From positions 1 through 64,000 of the forward strand of contig NGBS01000002.1 in NCBI GenBank assembly GCA_002245135.1: 64,000 nt of DNA, read 5' to 3'. Of the stretch, positions 41,501 through 56,500 are shown piece by piece. The stretch's first letter is position 1; the number at the start of each line of letters is the position of its first letter. The DNA comes from Proteromonas lacertae (lineage: Eukaryota). The translations under genes were made by a program, and so were the position numbers. The notes under the pieces were generated by a model. It searched no databases and had not been told where the DNA came from. It worked only from the letters and a program-made list of their open reading frames with translations.

Positions 41501-44500
41501 TTAAATCAGGTTCAAATATTGAAGTAAAAGCAGGATCTAGTAGTGATTCAAGAGGTGGATCATTATTATTAAATACACAATCATCAGGAGTTAGTTCAAC
41601 CTTAGGTTCAATAGTTATAGAAACTTCCAACAATCAAGTAACTGGCGGAAAGATTGAATTAGTTAGCGGATCATCAATGAATGGCAAAGCAGGTGGATTT
41701 ATAATTGAAAGTGGTTCTTCACAAGATGGTAATGCTGGTAGTGTTAAATTTATTACTGGTGATAGTAGAGTAAGTGGTGGTATTTCAATATCATCCAGTT
41801 ATACAACTGATAAAACGAAAAGTGGAAGAATCAATATAAAGACTGATGCTTCACCATCAGAAAGTTCAGGTAAGATAGATATAAAGACTGGAGACTCATC
41901 ATCTGAATCTGGTAGTATCATATTCAATACAAAATCAGAATCTGCAAAAGCAACAGGAGGTACAATCTCATTCAATACTGGTAATTGTGAAAATGGTAAT
42001 TGTGGAGATATTGTTATATCAGCTGGTGAAAGTGAAAAATCAAGTGAATTAAGTAATGGAAATGTTGTATTTTCAGGTAATGATAATAATGATGTCAATA
42101 ATGGTGAATCTATCTTATTAAAAGCAGGTGATTCTAAATTAAACAATGGTGGATCTGTAAGATTAACTTCTGGCTTAAGTAATGAAAAAGAAAGTGGAAA
42201 TGTTAATATATTAGCATCTTCATCTGATGCAGGTGAATCTGGAACAATCTCATTTGAAACAGGACCAGCATTAGATGAATCAGGAAAGATATCAATTAAT
42301 ACAGGATACTCACAATCGAAATCTGGTAAGATTACCATGGAAACAGGTGATTCAACATCAAAAGGAGGAAATATTGAATTTAGAACTGGAAATGGTAAAT
42401 CAAAATCTGGAAGTATTATAATAAGAAATGGAAATAACCCAATAAATGGTTCAATTGTTCTAAAAGCTGGTTATTCATTAAATGGTCAATCTGGTAATGT
42501 AGAAATATCTGGTAGAAATTCAGCAGAAATAACAATTCGTACTTTAAATAGTAAAACATCAGGAAATATTGAAGTTATAACTGATGGAGAGAATAGTGGT
42601 AATATAGAAATGAAATCAACATTAGCAGGTGGTAGATCTGGTTCAATTCAATTAAACTCAAAAGATGGAAATATATCTGTGACAACAGGAGATAGTTATG
42701 GATCTAAAGCTGGTAATATTAGTTTTACATTCGACAATGAAACAATTGGAGGAGATATTTATATTCAAGGTAAAAGAAATAGTAAGAACTTACAATCTGA
42801 CTTGCTATTTACTACTGGTGTGTCTCAAAAGAATGAATCAGGAAGTATTGAAATAATCGGAGGAGATGGTAATGGTGATGGTAAAACATCATCAATAATC
42901 ATTAACTCTGGTTCAACAAATCAGACAAAATCTGAAGGAGGTAATATAACATTTATTAGTGGAGGGAGTGATTCAGGTAAAAGTGGTAATTTCACAATAG
43001 AAAGTGGTGAAAGTGTAAAAGGTAAAGCTGGTAATATATTATTCCAAAGTGGGAAGAGTGATGTAAATAGTGGTTCAATTGATATAAGCTCATCTGATGG
43101 TATAGATACAGGAAATATTGGTATGAAAACAGGATCTAGTAAATATTCTGGAAGTATATCATTTGAAACAGGAAATGGTGAAACTATATCATCATCAATT
43201 AACATAATAACAGGAAAATCTAAGATAGAGTCAGGTTCAATCAAATTATCAACTGGATTAAGAAATTCAAGTGAAATAGCAGGATCAATATTCATAGAAA
43301 GTGGTAATTCAGATTCTGTTTATCCATCAGGTAATATTGAATTGAAAGCAGGTGATAATTTAGGAAGAGGAGCTGGAGGAAATGTCACAATGAAAGGAGG
43401 TTACAGTGAAAATGGTTATGGTGGTGATATTAAATTATCAAGTGGAGATTCTGATATACAATCAGGTAATATTAAAGTAACAACACCAAATTCAGCTTAT
43501 TCTGGAAATATAAACATTCAAACTAATAGATCAAGCAATGCAACTGGTGGTATTAGTTTCAAAACAATTGGTGAAGAAGAATCTGGATCATTGGATATTA
43601 CAACAGGAGATGCTACAGCACAACAGGGTAGATTATCAATTACAAGTGGTTCAGGTAAAACAGCTGGTGATGTATATTTTGAAGGAGGTAAAATAGTAAT
43701 TAATCCAGGAAATGGTTTATCTAATAGTGGTAATGTAAAAATTGAAACAGGAAATACTGCTAAAGTATCTGGTGATATTGAATTTAATACAGGTAAGAGT
43801 AATGGAAAATCAGGTGATATTAAATTAAAGACAGGCGATTCTGATGTAATACCAGGAAGTATTAATATAGAAGGTGGAAAATCAAATTCAACAAGTGATG
43901 GAGGAAGTGTATTAATTCAAAGTGGAGATAGTAAAAAGACAAGTGGAAATATGTTTATGCAAACATCTGATTCATATTCATCAGGTAATGTGGCATTTTC
44001 AACTGGTAATTCAATCTTCAAAAGTGGTGATATTGAAGTAAAGACTGAAAGAGGTGATATAAAATCAGGAAGTATTAAACTACAACCAGGTAATGGTGAT
44101 ATTGGTGGATCAGTTCATATTGAATCAGGAAGTGGATCACAAGAGAGTGGTAGTTTGAAATTTGAAACTGGTATAGGTAATAACAGATTAGGTAATGGTA
44201 ATATTACATTAAATACAGGAGAGAGTAATGCTAATTCAGGTAGTTTAAGTCTAAAAACAGGTGATTCTACTGAAAGTGTATCTGGCTCAATTAATGTTGT
44301 AACTGGTAGTTCAACGAATGGAAATGCTGGTAGTATTTATATTAAAAATGGTAATAGTACAACAGCTGGTAGTAGTATATCTGTAATTGGAGGTAAATCT
44401 ATTAGTGCAAATGGTGATGATATTTTATTCAAAACACCGAATTCACAATCTGGAAGTGGAGATATACAGATGCAGAACTCACAGAGTGCAAAAGGTACAA

Positions 44501-47500
44501 GTGGTTCTATTTTAATGAAGACAGGATCATCTACTCAAAAATCAACAGGATCTATTATGTTTGAAATTGGATATTCTAATTCATTATCAGGATCAATAGT
44601 GTTAGAAACAGGAAGTGTTAAATCTACACCTGGTAATATTAAAATACAAACAGGATCAAGTACAAATAATGTAGGTAGTATTAAAGTTACATCAGGATCT
44701 GGATTAACTTCTGGTTCTATTGATGTAAAATCAGGTGAAGGTTTAGTAGCTTCTGGTAATATTGCAGTGTCTTCAGAAGGAAGTTTAAGATCATCAGGAA
44801 GTGTTTCATTTGTTACTGGAACTGCTGATAATACTGGTAGAATAATCATTAAAACTGGATCAAATGGTAGTAAAGGAGGTGATATATACTTCATTGCTAG
44901 TAAACATGAAGATAATAAAGGTGGATCAATCAAACTAATGACTGGTAAAGGAAATGAAGAAAGTGGTAATATCTATTTTAAAACAGATTATAGTCAGAAT
45001 TCTGGTTATATTTTAATAACAACAAAGAAGGGAACTTCTCAATCTGGAACAATCTCTGTAACAACTGGTGCATCAACAAGACAATCAGGTTCAATCTCAT
45101 TTAGTGTAGGAAGATCTCAATTACCTGATGCTATTATAATAAAGTCAGGAAATGCTAAAACAACAACTTCAGGAATTATATCAATAAGTAGTGGAGATAG
45201 TGATATGAAAGTAGGACAAGTATCATTTGAAAGTGGTAATAGTGTAAATAGTGGTGGTGATTTGAGAATGACATCAGGATCAAGTACAAAGAGAAGTGGC
45301 GATTTTACATTAGAAACAAGCAAAACAAATTCAAAATCAGGTTCAATTGCATTTTCAAGTGGTAATGCTCAACGTTCTGGTGATGTTTCTATAGCAACAG
45401 CACAATCAGATGGAAAATCAGGATTAATATTGATGAAGAGTGGTTTTGGTAAAACATTAAGTGGAAATATTGAAATAGAATCTGGTGATTCAACAACATC
45501 AAGAGGTAATAGTAGTTCAATTATAATGGAATCAGGAAATGGTAAACAATCAGGTTCAATTGAAATACATACAAATGGAAAACAAACATCAGGATCAATT
45601 GAATTATCAACTGGTGAAACAGATTTATTCAAATCTGGTGATATTAATTTCGAAACTACAGGATCAAATATTACTGTAAAAACATCTGATTCACAATATA
45701 CAGGAAGTATTAAATTAAAAGCAGGCGATTCAACTAATGAAGCACCAGGATCTGTGACTTTAGAATCAGGAAGTGGAAAAGAGAGTGGTAGAATTGTTAT
45801 AAATACATCTACATCAAGAAGTAAAAGTGGTTCTATTGACTTTATAAGTGGTGATTCTAAGAATGATATATCTGGTCAAATAGTTATAGAAACAGGAAGT
45901 TCAACATCAAAATCAGGAAATATCACATTTAAAGCAGGATTTTCAAGAACAAATGCAGCAAATATTACAATTAAAGGTGGTAATGGTGTTTTAGCTGGTG
46001 GAGCAGTAGATATTAAAGGAGGATCAGGTAAAACTTTATCTGGAGGAGTGATAATTAGAACACAAAATGCTACTGCTACAACTGGTAATATAAATGTTCA
46101 TACTGGTTATACATCTCAAGTGAATATGGCTGTCAGTGGTAGTATAAATATAACTACTGGATCTTCACCATCAAGGATAGGTAATATAACTATAAAATCG
46201 GGTGATGCTGAACAAAAAGTTGAAAATATTGAATTTATAGCTGGCAATTCAACACGTAATGCAGGTGGTAATATGAATATCAAATCTGGTAATAGTGATT
46301 ATACAAAAGGAGGAGATATTCAATTCTTTGGTGGTAATAATATAGAACAAACATCATCCAATGCTATTAATCAGGTAGGAGGATCAATCATATTGAATAC
46401 TGGATTTGGAGAGATTATATCTGGTTCAGTTCATATTAAAACATCAGATAGTACTGGTCAATCAGGTAAAATCACATTTAGTACAGGTAATAGTACTGTT
46501 AGTAGTGGAAAGATTAGAATAGAAACAGGAGCATCTGGTAAGAAAGCTGGTAATATTATAATAACAGGAGGAAGTGGTAATTTAGGTGGAAGTGTTATAT
46601 TAGCATCTGGACCAGAAGATACACCAGTAGGTGGTAAAGTATTAATACAGACACCAACAAGTGAAGCAGCTACAGGACCTGTATTTATAAACTCTGCTGA
46701 TGCATCTAATGGTAAATCTGGAGATGTTGAAGTTACAACAGGTGATTCATCCAATGATGTAACTGGATCAATATCACTTAGAACAGGTTCAAGTGTAAAT
46801 GGTCAATCTGGTAGTATTATATTAGAACCTGGTGTTGGTTTATTAGCAGGATCTGTGTATATTAAGAGTGGAGAAGGATTGAAAGATGAAGGTGGTATTA
46901 TTAGTGTTAAATCAGGCCAAGGCAAATATAATGGAGGATATGTTAGTATTCAAACAGGTAATTCTGGTGGACAAGGTGTATCTGGCTCAATTAATATTAC
47001 AACTGGTAATGATTACATTGCTGGTTCAATAGTAATTCATCCAGGAAATAGTACAACTAATAGTACTGGTGGTGATGTGTTGATTCATTCTGGTGATAGA
47101 TTGATTAATGATGGTTCAAATATTCTAATAAAATCCGGTGATGGACAAAATGATGGTGGTGATTTATATTTGAAAACACAAGGATCTTTAGATGGAAAAG
47201 GTAAATCTGGTGATATAGATATATCAGTTTCTGAAGATCAATATGGTGGTGATGTTTATATTAAAGTAGGAAAATCAACTGATAAATCAATAGATTCAAC
47301 TGGTGGTTCAATTTATATTGAAGCAACAGGTGGAGAGACAGATCCTGGTTTTATATCAATTGAAGGTGGTTATTCCGAAAGTAAAGGCACAGGTGATGTT
47401 TATATTATCACAAAGGATGATAATATAGGTGGAAGTATTCTTGTTAATTCAGGATCTGCTAGCCAAGGATCAGGTGGTGATATACTAATAAAGAGTGGAA

Positions 47501-50500
47501 CTGGTAAAGCATCAGGTGGATCAGTATCTGTTTCTACAGGTGTTGGTCAAACTTCTGGTTCGATTGAATTCTTAACAGGTTTAGCAAAACAAGCTGGAAG
47601 TATAGCAATTATATCGGGAGATTCTAACTTACAACCTGGACTTATTACTATTGCAGGTAGTGAAGGTAAAAGTAATGGAGGAGAATTATTCATTAAATCA
47701 GGTGGTGTTACTAATGGAGATGGAACAACTGGTAGTATTACAATTACCACCCATTCAGGTAGTTTTACATCTGGAGATATTATGATTAATACAGGTTCTA
47801 GTAGTATTAACAGTGGTGAGTTGTATTTGAAAGGTGGTTTTGGAAGTAGTAGCGGAGGTTCAATTTATCTATCTAGTGGAACAAGTACAAATGGTGGATC
47901 AATAATAGTAGCTACAGGTACAGCTAGTGCAACACCCGGTTCGATTTTATTTGAAACTGGTGGTGCAAATTCTGCTGGTTCTATTTCAATTTATACTGGA
48001 GATGCTACTTCAACAGTTGGAATGATTAATATAATGTCTGGTGCAGCATCAGAAAGTGGATCAATTAATGTAATAGCTGCACATGGTACAACCACTAGTG
48101 GTTCTATCTTCTTAAATACATTTTCATCTTCTGATGTAGGTAGTATTTTAATAAATGTAGGAGATGGATTAACAACAGCTGGATCTATATTCATCAAATC
48201 AGGAAGTGGCACAATTGGAGGATCTATTGAGGTAGTTACAGGAAAAGGCATAACAAGTGGAAGTGTTTTTATTCAATCAGGATCAGGTAAGAGTACTGGA
48301 GGTGAAATTAATATTATTGGTGGTTCTGGTACTAATACAGGTGGTTCACTTTTCTTTTATGGTGGAAGTGGAGTTACACATGGTGGTGACATATTAATAG
48401 AATCTGGTTCAGGTACTTCAAGTGGTGAAATAACTATTAGCAGTGGAAGTAGTTCTATAGTAGGTTCAATCATATTAGAAGGTGGTAATGGTTTAAGTGT
48501 TGGTGGAGAAATCTTTTTATCTGGAGGAAGTGGAAGTGTAGGTGGTTCAATAACCTTAGAAAGTGTAGAGAATCTATTTGTGAGTGGAAATGAAGGTGTA
48601 ACATTTGGTGGATCAATATTAATCTCAACTGGTTCATCTACATCCACAAGTGGATCAATCTTTATCGAAAGTGGAAGTGGTAGTTCAAATGAAGGAAGTT
48701 CAATAAATATTTCTAGTAAAGGTACTATTACAAGTGGATCAATATCGATAAAAACTGGTGATAGTTCAACAGCTGGTGATATAAAAGTCAAAGTAGAAAA
48801 GAGTGTAGAAATAGGTGGATCAATCAATATTGAAAGTGGAAGTGGTACATCTGGTGGTAAAATTTCTATCGAAAGTGGAACTGGTACTACAAATAGTGGT
48901 TCAATACAAATCAAAGTATCTGATGGAAATACAAGTGGTTCAATATTAGTAACTGGAGGAAGTAGTTCAACCACAGGTGGCAGTATTTTTATAAAAGGTG
49001 GTTCAAGTACAATTGGAGGAAGTATAATAATAAATTCTGCAAGTGGTTTAACAACAAGTGGAATAATAAATATCAAAAGTATTAATTCTTTAGAATCTGG
49101 ATCAATCAGTATAACAGGAGGTGATAGTACAAGTAAGATTGGAGGTGAAATCTTAATCGAAAGTGGTAGTGCTGCTATATCCTCTGGTTCCATATCAGTG
49201 AAAAGTGGCAATGGTGGAAGTGAAAGTGGTTCAATCTTAATCGAAAGTCATGGAAGTAGTGCATCTGGTTCAATAACATTATCAACTGGTGATTCTGATA
49301 AAAATAATGATAATGGTATGATAAAATTGGAAAGTGGAAGTGGAACAGAAGGTGGTTCGATAATGATAATAAGTGGAAGTGGTAATAAAACTGGAGGTTC
49401 AATCTATTTAGAAACATCTGCTGCCTCAACCAGTGGTGAAATATTAATAAATAATGGTAAATCAACAGGATCTGGATCAACTGGTGGATCATTGTTTATC
49501 GAAAGTGGAAGTGGTGGAACAAATGGTGGCTCAATATTATTGAAGAGTGGCGATAGTACTAATGAAAGTGGTTCAATCAATATAGAAATATCTGATGCTT
49601 CTAAGACAAGTGGTAGTATATTAATATCCAGTGGTAATGGTTCTGAAAAAGGTGGAGAAATCTTAATGGAAAGTGGAAGTGGTGGAAATTATGGTGGTTC
49701 AATCTTAATAAAATCAAGTTCAGGAAGTGATGCAAGTGGTGAAATCAAAATAAGAAGTAAAGACAGTTCTATAGTAGGTTCAATCATATTAGAAGGTGGT
49801 AATGGTTTAAGTGTTGGTGGAGAAATCTTTTTATCTGGAGGAAGTGGAAGTGTAGGTGGTTCAATAACCTTAGAAAGTGTAGAGAATCTATTTGTGAGTG
49901 GAAATGAAGGTGAAACATTTGGTGGATCAATATTAATCTCAACTGGTTCATCTACATCCACAAGTGGATCAATCTTTATCGAAAGTGGAAGTGGTAGTTC
50001 AAATGAAGGAAGTTCAATAAATATTTCTAGTAAAGGTACTATTACAAGTGGATCAGTTACAATTCGAACTAATGATTCTAATGACTCTGGTGATATTAAA
50101 ATTGTTAATGGTGATGCTTCATTTACTGGTGGTTCTATATTCTTTAGAGCTGGTTCTGCTAATGTTGGTGGATCAATATTGATAGAAACATCGGAAAATA
50201 ATGTAGGAGAAACTGGAGAGATATTTATTAATACAAATAATGGATCAACGGTGGGTTCTATATTAATATTTACCGGAATATCTGATTCAGTCAGTGGATC
50301 AATCTTTATAGAAAGTGGAAGTGGTTCTAGTGATGGTGGTGTAATTAGTATTTCTAGTAAAGGTACTATTACAAGTGGATCAATATCGATAAAAACTGGT
50401 GATAGTTCAACAGCTGGTGATATAAAAGTCAAAGTAGAAAAGAGTGTAGAAATAGGTGGATCAATCAATATTGAAAGTGGAAGTGGTACATCTGGTGGTA

Positions 50501-53500
50501 AAATTTCTATCGAAAGTGGAACTGGTACTACAAATAGTGGTTCAATACAAATCAAAGTATCTGATGGAAATACAAGTGGTTCAATATTAGTAACTGGAGG
50601 AAGTAGTTCAACCACAGGTGGCAGTATTTTTATAAAAGGTGGTTCAAGTACAATTGGAGGAAGTATAATAATAAATTCTGCAAGTGGTTTAACAACAAGT
50701 GGAATAATAAATATCAAAAGTATTAATTCTTTAGAATCTGGATCAATCAGTATAACAGGAGGTGATAGTACAAGTAAGATTGGAGGTGAAATCTTAATCG
50801 AAAGTGGTAGTGCTGCTATATCCTCTGGTTCCATATCAGTGAAAAGTGGCAATGGTGGAAGTGAAAGTGGTTCAATCTTAATCGAAAGTCATGGAAGTAG
50901 TGCATCTGGTTCAATAACATTATCAACTGGTGATTCTGATAAAAATAATGATGATGGTATGATAAAATTGGAAAGTGGAAGTGGAACAGAAGGTGGTTCG
51001 ATAATGATAATAAGTGGAAGTGGTAATAAAACTGGAGGTTCAATCTATTTAGAAACATCTGCTGCCTCAACCAGTGGTGAAATATTAATAAATAATGGTA
51101 AATCAACAGGATCTGGATCAACTGGTGGATCATTGTTTATCGAAAGTGGAAGTGGTGGAACAAATGGTGGCTCAATATTATTGAAGAGTGGCGATAGTAC
51201 TAATGAAAGTGGTTCAATCAATATAGAAATATCTGATGCTTCTAAGACAAGTGGTAGTATATTAATATCCAGTGGTAATGGTTCTGAAAAAGGTGGAGAA
51301 ATCTTAATGGAAAGTGGAAGTGGTGGAAATTATGGTGGTTCAATCTTAATAAAATCAAGTTCAGGAAGTGATGCAAGTGGTGAAATCAAAATAAGAAGTA
51401 AAGACAGTTCTATAGTAGGTTCAATCATATTAGAAGGTGGTAATGGTTTAAGTGTTGGTGGAGAAATCTTTTTATCTGGAGGAAGTGGAAGTGTAGGTGG
51501 TTCAATAACCTTAGAAAGTGTAGAGAATCTATTTGTGAGTGGAAATGAAGGTGTAACATTTGGTGGATCAATATTAATCTCAACTGGTTCATCTACATCC
51601 ACAAGTGGATCAATCTTTATCGAAAGTGGAAGATGGTACTGCTATTGGATCAATAAGTATACTTAGTAAAGGTACTATTACAAGTGGATCAATATTGATG
51701 AAAACTGGTGATAGTAAAAATCTTTCAGGTGACATTGAGATAAATGCCGAAAAAGAAATAGAAATATTAGGTGGAACATCTGTGATGGGTGGTTCTGCAT
51801 CTATAAAAAGTGGATCAAGTACATCAAGCAGTGGTTCAATCTTTTTATCAAGTGGTTCAATAACAATAAAAAGTGGGCAATCATCCACAACAAGTGGAAG
51901 TATCTACTTAAATGGAGGAAGTGGACCAGAAGGTGGTTCGATAATGATAATAAGTGGAAGTGGTAATAAAACTGGAGGTTCAATCTATTTAGAAACATCT
52001 GCTGCCTCAACCAGTGGTGAAATATTAATAAATAATGGTAAATCAACAGGATCTGGATCAACTGGTGGATCATTGTTTATCGAAAGTGGAAGTGGTGGAA
52101 CAAATGGTGGCTCAATATTATTGAAGAGTGGCGATAGTACTAATGAAAGTGGTTCAATCAATATAGAAATATCTGATGCTTCTAAGACAAGTGGTAGTAT
52201 ATTAATATCCAGTGGTAATGGTTCTGAAAAAGGTGGAGAAATCTTAATGGAAAGTGGAAGTGGTGGAAATTATGGTGGTTCAATCTTAATAAAATCAAGT
52301 TCAGGAAGTGATGCAAGTGGTGAAATCAAAATAAGAAGTAAAGACAGTTCTATAGTAGGTTCAATCATATTAGAAGGTGGTAATGGTTTAAGTGTTGGTG
52401 GAGAAATCTTTTTATCTGGAGGAAATGGAAGTGTAGGTGGTTCAATAACCTTAGAAAGTGTAGAGAATCTATTTGTGAGTGGAAATGAAGGTGTAACATT
52501 TGGTGGATCAATATTAATCTCAACTGGTTCATCTACATCCACAAGTGGATCAATCTTTATCGAAAGTGGAAGTGGTAGTTCAAATGAAGGAAGTTCAATA
52601 AATATTTCTAGTAAAGGTACTATTACAAGTGGATCAATATCGATAAAAACTGGTGATAGTTCAACAGCTGGTGATATAAAAGTCAAAGTAGAAAAGAGTG
52701 TAGAAATAGGTGGATCAATCAATATTGAAAGTGGAAGTGGTACATCTGGTGGTAAAATTTCTATCGAAAGTGGAACTGGTACTACAAATAGTGGTTCAAT
52801 ACAAATCAAAGTATCTGATGGAAATACAAGTGGTTCAATATTAGTAACTGGAGGAAGTAGTTCAACCACAGGTGGCAGTATTTTTATAAAAGGTGGTTCA
52901 AGTACAATTGGAGGAAGTATAATAATAAATTCTGCAAGTGGTTTAACAACAAGTGGAATAATAAATATCAAAAGTATTAATTCTGTAGAATCTGGATCAA
53001 TCAGTATAACAGGAGGTGATAGTACAAGTAAGATTGGAGGTGAAATCTTAATCGAAAGTGGTAGTGCTGCTATATCCTCTGGTTCCATATCAGTGAAAAG
53101 TGGCAATGGTGGAAGTGAAAGTGGTTCAATCTTAATCGAAAGTCATGGAAGTAGTGCATCTGGTTCAATAACATTATCAACTGGTGATTCTGATAAAAAT
53201 AATGATGATGGTATGATAAAATTGGAAAGTGGAAGTGGAACAGAAGGTGGTTCGATAATGATAATAAGTGGAAGTGGTAATAAAACTGGAGGTTCAATCT
53301 ATTTAGAAACATCTGCTGCCTCAACCAGTGGTGAAATATTAATAAATAATGGTAAATCAACAGGATCTGGATCAACTGGTGGATCATTGTTTATCGAAAG
53401 TGGAAGTGGTGGAACAAATGGTGGCTCAATATTATTGAAGAGTGGCGATAGTACTAATGAAAGTGGTTCAATCAATATAGAAATATCTGATGCTTCTAAG

Positions 53501-56500
53501 ACAAGTGGTAGTATATTAATATCCAGTGGTAATGGTTCTGAAAAAGGTGGAGAAATCTTAATGGAAAGTGGAAGTGGTGGAAATTATGGTGGTTCAATCT
53601 TAATAAAATCAAGTTCAGGAAGTGATGCAAGTGGTGAAATCAAAATAAGAAGTAAAGACAGTTCTATAGTAGGTTCAATCATATTAGAAGGTGGTAATGG
53701 TTTAAGTGTTGGTGGAGAAATCTTTTTATCTGGAGGAAGTGGAAGTGTAGGTGGTTCAATAACCTTAGAAAGTGTAGAGAATCTATTTGTGAGTGGAAAT
53801 GAAGGTGTAAACATTTGGTGGATCAATATTAATCTCAACTGGTTCATCTACATCCACAAGTGGATCAATCTTTATCGAAAGTGGAGATGGTACTGCTATT
53901 GGATCAATAAGTATACTTAGTAAAGGTACTATTACAAGTGGATCAATATTGATGAAAACTGGTGATAGTAAAAATCTTTCAGGTGACATTGAGATAAATG
54001 CCGAAAAAGAAATAGAAATATTAGGTGGAACATCTGTGATGGGTGGTTCTGTATCTATAAAAAGTGGATCAAGTACATCAAGCAGTGGTTCAATCTTTTT
54101 ATCAAGTGGTTCAATAACAATAAAAAGTGGGCAATCATCCACAACAAGTGGAAGTATCTACTTAAATGGAGGAAGTGGACCAGAAGGTGGTTCGATAATG
54201 ATAATAAACAATCAGTTGAGTATTAAAACTGGTAAAGCTGCAACTATCTCAGGTAGTGTTAATGTCATTGTTGAGAAAGGAAATACAGAGACTGGATATA
54301 TTAAATTTACTTCAGGAAATAATTCATACGGATCAATATCATTATTAACTGAAGATAGTAATAATGTAAGTGGATCAATTTATATAAGGACTACTAATAA
54401 TGATAATGCAAGTATTAATATAGTAAGCGGTAGTAGTACGGAAAAGGCTGCAGATATTGAAATAATTGCAGGTGATTCTACTATTGGAGGATCAATATCA
54501 TTTTTATCTGGAAGTAGTGAAACTACAGGAGGATCAATATTTATTAAATCTGAAGAATCAAAAACTACAGCTGGTAATATTATAATACATTCAGGAAATG
54601 GTGAGTTAGGTAGTATTATGTTGCTTACAGGATCTTCTAAAAAAGAATCTGGTAGTATATTAATTAATTCAGGAGATGGTACTACTACATCAGGATCAAT
54701 ATATTTAGATTCTAGTACAATATCATTAACTGTAGGTGACGCTGCAACAACTGTTGGAAAAATTAGTATATTAAGTGGTTCTGCATCAGTAGGTGGTTCA
54801 ATTAATATATTAAGTTCTTCAATAATAAATGTATCAACAAAAGAGAAAAATTATTCAGGATCAATAATTCTACAAGGTGGTGAAGCTAATAATAATGGAG
54901 GATCTATTCTTATTAATAGCAAAGCTATTAATATTAAATCAGGTAGTGGTAATAATGAAAGTGGATCAATTAATATTAATACAAGTGATGCAAGTCACAA
55001 CAGTGGAAATGTAATCATTACTTCAACTCGTTCAGTAACTATTAGTAGTGGTAGTTCAAGTACAAGTGGAAGTATAGAAATTAAAACAGGTACAGGAAAG
55101 ACTTCCGGTTTAATATCTATTGCAACTGAAAGTAGTGTAACTACTAGTGGAACAATAGAAATAATTACTGGAAAAGATGCTTCTAAATCTGGTGAAATTG
55201 AATTTGAAGCTGGAACAGGAACAGGAAGTGATGGAGGTGCAGTAGTAATACAAACAGTTGATTCAGAAAAAATGAGTGGATCAATTTCTATAATAAGTGG
55301 AAGTGGTTCAACAGTGGGAAGTATATTATTAAAAGGTGGAAGTGGAACAATTACAGGAGGTTCAATTGTATTAGAAAGTGAAAAAAATGGAAGTATTTCA
55401 TTATTAAGTTCCTTAATAAACTTGAAAACATCCGATTCAAGTAGTACTGTTGGTTCAATCAATATATCTGGTAAAAATGTGAAACTGGAAAGTGGTGAAA
55501 GTAAAACCATTGATATAATAAGTGGAAATGGTGTTAACGAAGGTGGTTCAATTTTGATAGGTAAAGATAGTTCAAGTGGTTCAATCGATATAATAAGTGG
55601 AAATGGATTAACGAATGGTGGTTTAATAAAAATGTCCAGTGGAAATGGTTCAACGAGTGGAATGATCGAATTAAAATCTTCAAAATATCTTGAGATATCG
55701 AGTGATGAAAATATTGCAACAAATGGAAATAATATAAAAATGTCGAGTGGAAGTGGTTCAACAAGTGGTTTGATCGAAATATCTGGAAATGAAAATGGAA
55801 TATTTATAAAAAGTGGATCTGGAAGTTCAAAGAGTGGATCAATCGAACTATCTAGTAGTACAATAAATATCTCAGTAGGTGATAGTTCCAAAACAAGTGG
55901 TTCAATATTAATAGAAAGTGGAAGTGGATTAAATAAAAGTAAAATCGAATTAAATAGTGGAACAATAAATATAGAAAGTAATGGAAATAAAGATAATAAA
56001 AATACAAGTGGATCAATAATGATAAAAAGTGGAAAAGGAAGTTCAACAGGTGGTTCAATATTTTTAAATGGTGGAAAATTAATGGAAATGTCAAGTGGTT
56101 CAAGTAGTGGCAATAGTGGAAGTATTGTAATATCAACCGAATCAAGTGGTAAAATCGACTTATTGAGTAAAAATTTAATCGAATTAAAAAGTGGTGAAAT
56201 GATAAAGATTGAAAATGGAAGTGAAGATGAAAATGGTTCAATAAGTTTAAATAGTTCGAATGAGATAAAATTATCAAGTGGAAATGGTAGTTCAACAGGT
56301 GGTTCAATCAAATTATCTGTGAGTAAAAGTGGTTCAATAATGTTATTAGGAAAAGATATACTAATAAAGAATGAAGACAATAATACAAATGGATCAGGAA
56401 TTGAAATTTTATCTAAAAGATTGAATGTAGAAAGTGGAAATGGAAAAAGTGGAAGTAATATTGAAATAAAATCTGGATCAGGTTCTGTAAAAAGTGGTTT

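Noticed and set aside
23962..51666. Bacterial contamination or chimeric contig (autotransporter/adhesin-like giant ORF)
   Set aside because: The 5' end is joined by two spliceosomal GT-AG introns of the same style as neighbouring eukaryotic genes, encodes PSI-like domains, and has similar AT-rich codon usage.
51605..53920. 771-aa ORF as a separate gene
   Set aside because: It is the continuation of the giant frame between two single-base insertions, it starts at a GTG inside a repeat, and it has no promoter gap or signal peptide.
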